NCBI GenBank assembly: GCA_034661055.1
Contig: JAYEKO010000044.1
Location: 1 to 17,059, forward strand
Reading direction: 5' to 3'
Length of the DNA stretch: 17,059 bases
Origin: Campylobacterota bacterium
GTDB taxonomy: Bacteria > Campylobacterota > Campylobacteria > Campylobacterales > Sulfurimonadaceae
Shown here: one piece after another, positions 8,445 to 16,139 of the stretch
Layout of the letters: each line of letters begins with the position of its first letter
Numbering within the stretch: position 1 is the first letter of the stretch
Position numbers and translations under genes: made by a program
The notes under the pieces: generated by a model
What the model was told of the DNA's origin: nothing
The model's input: the letters and a program-made list of their open reading frames with translations, nothing else
Database searches by the model: none

Positions 8445-9085
8445 TAGTGGTGTCCTCCTACAGGCATTTTATTAGTCATCTTACCAAAAAGTGAATAACC
8501 TTCTGGACGATGTGATGCCAATGGATTTAATGTAACATTACCTCCACCAACATAGAAGTGATGAGGGAATGTACCTTTTTCTGGCTTACGAACCTGAACA
8601 TCCCCCTGCTTCTCTTGAATATATCTACTAATATTTGATGTTTTATCATCAAGATCGCCAAAAATATTTGCCTCAACAGGACACGCTACAACACACGCAG
8701 GCATCATTGAACTCGCAACTCTATGTGCACAATAAGTACACTTATCTGCAGTCTGAGTCTCTGGATCAATATAGATTGCTCCATATGGACAAGCCATAAC
8801 ACAGCCTGCACACCCAATACAGCGCTCTTTATCTATGTTTACAATACCATTTTCTATATAGTGCAGCGCACTTACTGGACAAATTCTCTCACACGGTGCG
8901 TTGGCACAGTGATTACAGCGAAGTGGTGTAAATGTACGCTTCGTCTCAGGAAACATACCTACATCAACATATTTTACACGGAGTCTCCATGTACTAAGTG
9001 GTACTTCATTTTCCACTTTACAAGCAATTTCACATCCCTTACATCCCATACAAAGATGTAAGTCAACTAGGAACCCTAATTGCAT
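8444..9085 (-). CDS. 4x[4Fe-4S] electron-transfer subunit (PsrB/TtrB/NrfC-like)
   Basis: 213 aa; four Cys groups CMGCKGCEIAC, CNHCANAPCERICP, CIGCAGCVMACP, CTYC...PACVVACP; no signal peptide; RBS GGGAG. Confidence 0.95.
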   Translation of the reverse strand: MQLGFLVDLHLCMGCKGCEIACKVENEVPLSTWRLRVKYVDVGMFPETKRTFTPLRCNHCANAPCERICPVSALHYIENGIVNIDKERCIGCAGCVMACPYGAIYIDPETQTADKCTYCAHRVASSMMPACVVACPVEANIFGDLDDKTSNISRYIQEKQGDVQVRKPEKGTFPHHFYVGGGNVTLNPLASHRPEGYSLFGKMTNKMPVGGHH

Positions 9086-9146
9086 ATACTCTCCCTTTAG
9101 CTAAAATTTACATGTAACTAGTCAAACATAATTTGAACTAATAAAT

Positions 9147-9178
9147 TTGAAAAGGTGCCCTTATATAGGCACTTTCAA
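9147..9178 (-). promoter_or_regulatory. Stem-loop in the presumed 5' leader of the oxidoreductase operon
   Basis: TTGAAA-ag-GTGCC (9147-9159) pairs with GGCAC-TTTCAA (9168-9178), about 60 nt upstream of the ATG at 9085. Confidence 0.4.
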
Positions 9179-9325
9179 GGCTTTTATGCTGAAGTGATAT
9201 TAGCTAATTTAATATTAACTGCACCTAAATAAGAGATATTTTTCTATGTAAAAGCAATAGTGTGTAGAAATGTTATTATTTTTATTTTTGGAATATAACT
9301 TGCTTCTATTTATTTAATAAAAACG

Positions 9326-9334
9326 TGCTATCAT
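9326..9334 (+). promoter_or_regulatory. Putative extended -10 (TGcTATCAT) for mltB
   Basis: TG at 9326-9327 and TATCAT at 9329-9334, upstream of RBS-like AAGG and ATG 9371. Confidence 0.4.
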
Positions 9335-9370
9335 AAGTGATTGCATAACTATTAAAAGGTAATACTAAAG

Positions 9371-10414
9371 ATGTCGTTATTAAAAAAAGTAATATTTACA
9401 GCCACTCTGTTTACAACTTACGCCTATGCTTCTACATTTGTTGACTATAGCAATAATGATTTGGCAAAAAAGTTTATTAATAAAATGGTTAAAGAAGAGA
9501 ATTTTTCACATACTGAACTTCAGGCTCTATTTTGCAAAGTTGAATTTCAAAAACGGTCACTAAAGTTTTATGAAATACCTAAAAAAAGTGATAAAAAACA
9601 GTTATCTAAACCCAAAAAAAGCAGCAAAAAAAATTGGGGTAGCTGGAGTCGTTATGAGAAAAAGCTTGTTAATCCCAAACGCATTAACAAGGGTGTTGAC
9701 TTTATGAAAAAACACAAAACTACTTTAAAACGTGCCCATAAAAAATATGGCATTCCACCAGAGTACATTACTGCCATTATCGGGATAGAGAGTTATTATG
9801 GCTCATATACTGGAAAATATCCTGTATTTGACACACTCTGCACGCTTGCTTTTGAAAAAAATCGTCGTAACAAATTTTTTACTAAAGAGCTTAGAGAGTA
9901 CCTAAAAATGACTAAACGTGAAGATGTCAATCCTAGAGAAATAAAAGGTTCTTTTGCAGGTGCCATTGGTCTTGGTCAGTTTATGCCAAGCAATTTTGAA
10001 AAACTGGGAGTGGATTTTAATAATGATGGAAAAGTCAGAATTTCGGAACCAATTGATGCCATAGGAAGCATTGCCAACTATTTTAAACAGAGTGGCTGGA
10101 AACAGGGCATTCCAGTTGCGACACGTGTCTCCTACAAAGGATTACGATTTAATCAGCACAAAACAGGTTATAAACATAAATACTCTCGAAAACACCTTAA
10201 AGACATTTATCCAAAAGATAAAAACTTCTCATACAATAACAAAGTGCGATTAATTAAATTAGAGCGAAAAAAGTATGATGAACTCTGGTATGGGACAAAA
10301 AACTTCTATGTCATCACACGCTATAATCATAGTTCATACTATGCTATGGCTGTCCATCAACTTGCACAAAAAATAAAACAAAGCTACAACATAAAACATA
10401 TTGCCATGAACTAG
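9371..10414 (+). CDS. mltB: Lytic murein transglycosylase B (SLT_2 family)
   Basis: 347 aa; YGIPPEYITAIIGIES (catalytic Glu), GSFAGAIGLGQFMPS, DFNNDG EF-hand-like loop, DAIGSIANYF..SGW, NFYVITRYNHS.YYAMAV. Confidence 0.93.
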   Translation: MSLLKKVIFTATLFTTYAYASTFVDYSNNDLAKKFINKMVKEENFSHTELQALFCKVEFQKRSLKFYEIPKKSDKKQLSKPKKSSKKNWGSWSRYEKKLVNPKRINKGVDFMKKHKTTLKRAHKKYGIPPEYITAIIGIESYYGSYTGKYPVFDTLCTLAFEKNRRNKFFTKELREYLKMTKREDVNPREIKGSFAGAIGLGQFMPSNFEKLGVDFNNDGKVRISEPIDAIGSIANYFKQSGWKQGIPVATRVSYKGLRFNQHKTGYKHKYSRKHLKDIYPKDKNFSYNNKVRLIKLERKKYDELWYGTKNFYVITRYNHSSYYAMAVHQLAQKIKQSYNIKHIAMN

Positions 10415-10421
10415 TATATAA

Positions 10422-11711
10422 CTATTGCAACCGGACTCTTACTGACTGCTCATGAGCAGTTAGGCCTTCTGTGTTTGCAATTTGAGCACACGCTTCACCT
10501 ATCTCATTAATAGCTTGTGATGAAAATGAGATAATAGATGATTTTTTCATAAAGTTTTCAACATTAAGTGGAGAGTAAAACTTTGCAGTTCCTCCAGTTG
10601 GGAGTGTGTGGTTTGGTCCTGCTACATAATCACCTATAGCTTCTGGTGTATTTGGACCTAAAAATATAGCTCCTGCATGTTTAATGCTTGGTAGCAGATC
10701 CCATGGGTTTTGTGTTAGCACTTCTAAATGCTCTGGTGCAATATCATTCATAAGCTTAACGGCTTCTTCCATTGTCTCAGTCACAATAATAGCGCCACGC
10801 TCCTCAATTGATTTTCTAGCAATCTCTTGGCGAGGTAGCTTCTGTAACCAGTTTTCAATCTCTAACTGTGTCTCTTGTGCAATATGCTGCGATGGAGTGA
10901 TTAAAATAGAACTTGCCATCTCATCATGTTCGGCTTGGGAGAGTAAATCAATAGCCAAATGGTTTGCATTGGCACTCTCATCAGCCAATACTCCAATCTC
11001 ACTTGGTCCTGCAATCATATCAATGTTTACTTCACCAAAAACCATCTTTTTAGCTGTAGCGACAAAAATATTTCCTGGTCCTGTAATAACATCAACCTTA
11101 GGAATCGTCTCTGTTCCATATGCCATAGCAGCAATAGCACTAGCACCACCCACCTTGTAAACTTCACTCACTCCACAAAGATAACATGCGGCAAGAAGAA
11201 GCTCGTTTGGTTCATTATCAGGCGTAGGAGTACAGACAACAATCTGCTCAACTCCTGCCACTTGTGCTGGAATTACATTCATTAAAAGAGAGCTTGGGTA
11301 TGCTGCTTTTCCACCAGGAATATAAAGCCCTGCACTGTCAACAGCAGTAACTTTTTGTCCTAAAATAGTTCCATTAGACTCAGTATCAATCCAACTTTTA
11401 GGAAGCTGTTTTTCATGGTAAGCCTTAATTCTGTCATACGCTAAGTGAAGTGATGCTTTTAAATCAGCATCAATAGCATCATAAGCACTTTTCATAGAAT
11501 TTACATGTATTTTCAAATCAGCATCATTTTGTGGTGTCCAGTTATCAAATTTTGAAATATGTATTTTTAGAGCACTATTTTTATTGCTCTTTATCTCATT
11601 AATTATATTTCCCACAATACTGCTAACATGTTCAATGTCCATCTTCCCACGTTGCAGTAATTCGTTAAATTGTTTTTGAAAATTCGTATCTTTGCTTGAA
11701 GTAAAAATCAT
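10422..11711 (-). CDS. hisD: Histidinol dehydrogenase
   Basis: 429 aa; GLYIPGGKAAYPSS, GPGNIFVATAK, IDMIAGPSE, DLLSQAEHD, APEHLE, GDYVAGPNHTLPT motifs. Confidence 0.98.
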   Translation of the reverse strand: MIFTSSKDTNFQKQFNELLQRGKMDIEHVSSIVGNIINEIKSNKNSALKIHISKFDNWTPQNDADLKIHVNSMKSAYDAIDADLKASLHLAYDRIKAYHEKQLPKSWIDTESNGTILGQKVTAVDSAGLYIPGGKAAYPSSLLMNVIPAQVAGVEQIVVCTPTPDNEPNELLLAACYLCGVSEVYKVGGASAIAAMAYGTETIPKVDVITGPGNIFVATAKKMVFGEVNIDMIAGPSEIGVLADESANANHLAIDLLSQAEHDEMASSILITPSQHIAQETQLEIENWLQKLPRQEIARKSIEERGAIIVTETMEEAVKLMNDIAPEHLEVLTQNPWDLLPSIKHAGAIFLGPNTPEAIGDYVAGPNHTLPTGGTAKFYSPLNVENFMKKSSIISFSSQAINEIGEACAQIANTEGLTAHEQSVRVRLQ

Positions 11712-11787
11712 TATAATGCCTATCTTTAAAAATTGATGGCATTATAGCTAAATTTATGTTTTGAACTGTTCGAGTACCGATTTAACC

Positions 11788-12418
11788 TCACCTCTTAAGA
11801 AGCTTACGACTTCCCATCTCTTGTGTTGGACGAAAGTTTCCTGTGTAAAGTGTCTCAAACTGTTTTAGTTGTGCTTGTGAGATTGTAATTGGCTCTTGCA
11901 TAACATACCACTCAACAATTTGTGTGCATGGTGGTGTTGTTAATGAACCTAAATAGTGATAGTATGATTTAGAATTTGGAATTAACTCATTTGCATAAAG
12001 TATTTTTGTTGTACTTACCTCTTTCTCGCCGGTATGAGCAGGCATCGCATCAAAAACCTCTTTTAAAAATTTATTTTCTTTACCCACATCTATAAAAACA
12101 CCAATAACACCTAACTCACCATCTTTACTTTGATGTACCAAGTGTGCTTCCATAGGGTGCTGTTTTCCATCTACTGTATGCTCGCTACCTGCATGGAAAT
12201 GGTGCTGCAGTAGCAGTGGCAGTTTTAATATCGATTGGAGATTGACGGTCACCATCACCACAGCGTTCATATTCAGCTTTTAAATCTCCCCAATGAATCG
12301 GAGCAGAGTCACCTGCATAACCCCAATGTGATGCGTGAGATTTATCTGAAGCAGCAAGTGTTGATGCAAAAAATAGACTTGATGCTAGTAAAGTAGTTTT
12401 AAGAAGTAGGTGTTTCAT
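11788..12418 (-). pseudogene. cah: Periplasmic alpha-carbonic anhydrase disrupted by an internal deletion and frameshift
   Basis: Frame A (12418-12185): signal peptide, HWGY, HWG, C...QSPIDI. Frame B (to 11788): HFH..SEH, EAHLVH, YYHYLGSLTTPPC, EW, NFRP.Q. The frames switch near 12200-12215, and the segment that normally carries NNGHT is absent from both. Confidence 0.88.
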
Positions 12419-12489
12419 TTTGTACCTTTTTATTGTAAAAAACTTAAACTAAATGAAAGACTATAAAAATTTATAATAAAAGATTTTGC

Positions 12490-12510
12490 AATGGTACTAA
12501 AAGTACCATT
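12490..12510 (-). terminator. Stem-loop downstream of the thioredoxin-like gene
   Basis: AATGGTACT (12490-12498) / AGTACCATT (12502-12510), 12 nt after the stop at 12523; weak U-tract. Confidence 0.45.
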
Positions 12511-12522
12511 ATAGCTGTGAGG

Positions 12523-13047
12523 TTATTTTTTCTTTAAGGTTTCTATCTCTTTTTTAAGAGCTGCATTCTCTTTTTTAAGAGCTTCATATTTAACTTTACA
12601 TGTATTTTTCTCTTCCTCTATTACAGTAAACTCTTTCATAACAGTATCTAAAGCTTCAACAAAACCTTCTGTTGGAATAGCCCCAGGAATTGGCTGAAAC
12701 ATCGGTTCACCATTTGGTAGCAAAAACCATATCATCGGTGTACCACCCTGCCATAACTCTTGTGGATAGTAATCACCATCATCAGTATAAGCCGTATGTG
12801 TAATGAAATTTTCATTTAAAGTCTTAATCACTTTTTCATCACTAAGTGCGGTCTCTTCAAGAACAACGCAATATTTACATGTATGTCTTGAGATAATAAA
12901 AAGAAATGGCTTATTCTCTTTTTTTGCCGCTTTTAGAGCCATTTTATAACTTTTTTTCCAGTTAATTTTACCTGACTTATTTGCTTTCGTCTGTGCAACA
13001 GCACTGCTAAAGAGCAAGCCTACCACTAATAATAACTTATAGATCAT
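12523..13047 (-). CDS. Exported thioredoxin-fold protein (SoxW/DsbD-gamma-like) with C-terminal coiled coil
   Basis: 174 aa; signal peptide; INW...Y..AL..AKKENKP; CKYC active site; GTP cis-Pro loop; ATGA overlap with aroK. Confidence 0.85.
   Translation of the reverse strand: MIYKLLLVVGLLFSSAVAQTKANKSGKINWKKSYKMALKAAKKENKPFLFIISRHTCKYCVVLEETALSDEKVIKTLNENFITHTAYTDDGDYYPQELWQGGTPMIWFLLPNGEPMFQPIPGAIPTEGFVEALDTVMKEFTVIEEEKNTCKVKYEALKKENAALKKEIETLKKK
12546..12583. repeat. 17-bp direct repeat with 21-bp period encoding ALKKE heptads
   Basis: TCTCTTTTTTAAGAGCT at 12546-12562 and 12567-12583. Confidence 0.8.
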
Positions 13048-13553
13048 TTCATCGCCTTTTTAATAATTTCCTGAGCAATCTGCTCAGCATTTTTATTTCT
13101 AACATCTATGGTAATATCTGCAACTTTTTCATACTCAGGAGCGCGCTCATTGAAGAGCTCTTTTGCTTTGTCAAGCTCTTTAAAAAGTGGACGTTTTTTT
13201 AATTTTCTTTGTGCATTGGGATGATTTAATATTCTCTCATAAATAGAGTCAAAATCAGAATAAAGATAGACCACTTTCCCAATTAAGTTTAAATTTGGAA
13301 CCTTGTAAAATCCTCCACCAGTTGAGATAAGTGTATCTCTAACACTGTGAGAGAGCCATGTCGCTACACGACGCTCCAAGTCTCTAAAATACGCTTCTCC
13401 CTCAATAGCAAAAATCTTTTTAATTCTACGATTCTCCATACTCTCAATAACATCATCAGTATCAAGAGCAACGACACCACTGTGCTTAACAATTTCACGT
13501 GAGACCGTCCCCTTGCCTACACCCATAAAGCCAATTAAAATTATATTTTTCAT
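13044..13553 (-). CDS. aroK: Shikimate kinase
   Basis: 169 aa; Walker A GFMGVGKGT, DTD, GEAYFRDLE, ISTGGG, RPL, ER...Y. Confidence 0.95.
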   Translation of the reverse strand: MKNIILIGFMGVGKGTVSREIVKHSGVVALDTDDVIESMENRRIKKIFAIEGEAYFRDLERRVATWLSHSVRDTLISTGGGFYKVPNLNLIGKVVYLYSDFDSIYERILNHPNAQRKLKKRPLFKELDKAKELFNERAPEYEKVADITIDVRNKNAEQIAQEIIKKAMK

Positions 13554-13596
13554 TTTACTGTTTCTTTATATATTAATTTTGTTTATCTTACACGAT

Positions 13597-14850
13597 TTAA
13601 TTAAACAGATATTCCATATTTAATTTCTTTGCATAGCTACTAAGCATATCTCTTTCAAAATCTACATTGGTACTGTATTGGTATCCAAAAGCATCCTTCC
13701 ATAGGGAGTGATCCTCCATGCACATATAGAAAAAGACCTTACCGTGCCACGGTTTAAAACTCTCATAAGCGTGAGTAAACATCTCTTTTTTAATCTCAAG
13801 TGGATATGAAGACTTTCCACTTGCATCTTCCATTGGCATCTGCAAAATTTTACTTTTAAAATTACGTTCTCTAAGTTGTTTCATGACGGGCTTAATAAAG
13901 GTTAATGTCCCAAAAGAGATAAGAGCCACCTCATCAGGCTGAAATCTTTGTAACAGTTCATCATAAAGCTCTTTATACTCATGCAGATAATTTTCATACA
14001 CAACAATAGGATGAAAGTGAAACCCTACAATCACACCTCTGTCTGCCAACGCTCGTGCAGCAGCAATGCGTTTGTGCAGTGAGGCACTTAGATGCTCTTC
14101 ATTGGTAATAATAGTCTGTGTATTCAGTGACCAGGTGCAGATTATATTTTTAGGAACATCATTCTCTAGAAAATAGCCAACATTGTCAGACTTAGTCTTA
14201 AACTCTAAAATAACATTGGGATTAGCTCGTGCAAAATCAAAAAGTGCCTCTAATATTCCTGCTCTGTTCCCCCAAAGTAGCGAGTCAGATGCCTGACCTG
14301 TTCCAATATGATAGGTCTGATTCGGATTTAAATCCAAAGCGTTGAGCTTCTTGGCAAAATCGCTGTCAAAACCAATCTTATTTTGATTATAAAAAGATTG
14401 AATAGAGCAGTAAGAGCAGTCAAAACCGCAACTCTCCACTGCATCAAGAGTGAGCAGATTACAGCATCGTGTTTTAGGTGATGCCACAGGGCACATTCCT
14501 AAACCTAGGTTCTCTTTCTCAGTCTCAACAAAGGTAAACTTATGCTCTATTTTATGTGAACTGACATCAAAATTATCGTAGCTGTGAGGCTGTGATTTTT
14601 TCTCTTCATAATACTCTCGTGCTCGTTTAAATGCTATTTTTTTATTGGGAGAATCTTGCCAGACAGCACTAAAAGGCATCTCATCCCACATATTTAAATC
14701 TATACTCATATCAACAAGCTGTTTAACCTCTTGAAATGAGAAACGGTAAAGCGTACTCTGCTCTTTTAAAAACTCTCTATCTTCAAGACTTAATGAAAAA
14801 TAGGGACTGTTTTTTACATGTAAATTAAACTTCTCATCATAATTACTCAT
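13597..14850 (-). CDS. Spore-photoproduct-lyase-like radical SAM protein
   Basis: 417 aa; CxxxCxxC (CGFDCSYC); SPL-family-like segments SDSL, LEFKTKS, WSLN, E...ASL.KRI.AA, GFHFHP, YMCME; ~115-aa N-terminal extension; ATGA overlap with the upstream gene. Confidence 0.82.
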   Translation of the reverse strand: MSNYDEKFNLHVKNSPYFSLSLEDREFLKEQSTLYRFSFQEVKQLVDMSIDLNMWDEMPFSAVWQDSPNKKIAFKRAREYYEEKKSQPHSYDNFDVSSHKIEHKFTFVETEKENLGLGMCPVASPKTRCCNLLTLDAVESCGFDCSYCSIQSFYNQNKIGFDSDFAKKLNALDLNPNQTYHIGTGQASDSLLWGNRAGILEALFDFARANPNVILEFKTKSDNVGYFLENDVPKNIICTWSLNTQTIITNEEHLSASLHKRIAAARALADRGVIVGFHFHPIVVYENYLHEYKELYDELLQRFQPDEVALISFGTLTFIKPVMKQLRERNFKSKILQMPMEDASGKSSYPLEIKKEMFTHAYESFKPWHGKVFFYMCMEDHSLWKDAFGYQYSTNVDFERDMLSSYAKKLNMEYLFN

Positions 14851-16133
14851 GACTGCATCATACTCATATCAAAATCAGGTGTTCTCTTTTTAGTATCACT
14901 ATAAATTTTTAAAGCAGATAGAAGATTAAAAAGCAAAATGAGTGAAGATAGCAGCATAGTTACTGCTGCAATTTTCAACATATCGACTCCAAAAGCAAAT
15001 GGCAATAGTAGTAAAAGAGTAATTACATGTAAAACAAACTGTAGCTCAGCATAGCTATTTTTAAACATCTCTCGCATTGTTGGAATAGTCATGTAGCCCA
15101 TAGCATTAAGATGAAACCAGACTAGAAATGGAATGATTTTATAGAGCATTCCATTCATAACAGAGAGCAAAAAACCACCACCAATTAAAATAGAGGTTAG
15201 TAGGCTTAAATCAAAACTAATAAACTCATCAACACTCCAGATTAAAATACCTGCTATTAACGAAACGGCACTCAACTGCCAGTACCATAACGTCACATCG
15301 GAAAGTTTTCGCTTACGTTCTTGAAATTTTTTAATTACCTCAAAACCAAAAATAAAAAAAAGCAGTGCAACAAAGAGTTTTGCAAGCACTGCAAAGTTGG
15401 GTAAAAACAGGTTAAGCAGTAGCCAAAACAAAAGAGCTACAGCAACTGTACTTACGCCATAACTGTTAAAAAACTTTGAAAAATCAGGGGTAACATAGAA
15501 CATTGGAAGCACCTGAAAAGAGACACCAATAACCAAAATACCGGCAAAACCAAAAATGGCCCAGACACTATGAACATTCGACAAGGCAAAAGATAGTTCA
15601 GTAATATTACTACTTGCATGTCCTCCTAAAAGGTGCAGTCCCAACAGGACAATAATTACTGCAAACCCCACAGAGACACTCATTGCCTTTACTGTTGCAT
15701 TAAAGTTATCTACTTTAAGTAGTGCTAAAACTACTGCCGTCAAAATAATTGCAAAACCTAAAAAAAGTAACACTGCGGCAGTAATCATTAAAATAGCATT
15801 ACTTAAAAGCAGTCCCATAAACAGACTAAGTGTTCCAAAAATAAGTAGCAGGTGTGAACTCTGTGCCACACGAAGGGCATTAGGAAGCGCTACTCCTGCA
15901 AGAACCGGTAACATCTGCTGGAGTGCACCTAACATTACAAAAGTAAAAAAACCGATAGTAAAGAGGTGTGTTAATGCAATAACCTCAACACTGTAGCGAC
16001 TACTTAGAGTTGAAGTATCTAAAAATAGTAGTGCAACACTTGCAAATATTGCAAAAAGTGGTGCCGTAATAAAAAATCGTGCTGGTGCCCATAGTGGTGG
16101 TGCTTGCTCTAGCGAGAGTCCTGTAAAATTCAT
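14847..16133 (-). CDS. Polytopic (~12 TM) membrane protein of the type found beside hemerythrin/DUF2249 genes (NnrS/heme-copper-oxidase-like fold inferred)
   Basis: 428 aa, hydrophobic, with internally repeated His motifs (THLFTIG...GALQQMLPV; VHSVWAIFG...GVSFQVLPMF) and GMLYKIIPFLVW.H. Confidence 0.7.
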   Translation of the reverse strand: MNFTGLSLEQAPPLWAPARFFITAPLFAIFASVALLFLDTSTLSSRYSVEVIALTHLFTIGFFTFVMLGALQQMLPVLAGVALPNALRVAQSSHLLLIFGTLSLFMGLLLSNAILMITAAVLLFLGFAIILTAVVLALLKVDNFNATVKAMSVSVGFAVIIVLLGLHLLGGHASSNITELSFALSNVHSVWAIFGFAGILVIGVSFQVLPMFYVTPDFSKFFNSYGVSTVAVALLFWLLLNLFLPNFAVLAKLFVALLFFIFGFEVIKKFQERKRKLSDVTLWYWQLSAVSLIAGILIWSVDEFISFDLSLLTSILIGGGFLLSVMNGMLYKIIPFLVWFHLNAMGYMTIPTMREMFKNSYAELQFVLHVITLLLLLPFAFGVDMLKIAAVTMLLSSLILLFNLLSALKIYSDTKKRTPDFDMSMMQS

Positions 16134-16139
16134 CTTAAA

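Noticed and set aside
9575..9635. Poly-A runs in mltB as phase-variation tracts
   Set aside because: Runs of 6-8 A are expected from Lys codons in AT-rich DNA, the frame is intact, and no long poly-G/C tracts are present.
12185..12270. Programmed frameshift producing an active carbonic anhydrase, or a real start at 12270
   Set aside because: No slippery heptamer is evident, the fused product would still lack the NNGHT segment, and the first ~20 residues of the 160-aa ORF are out-of-frame sequence.
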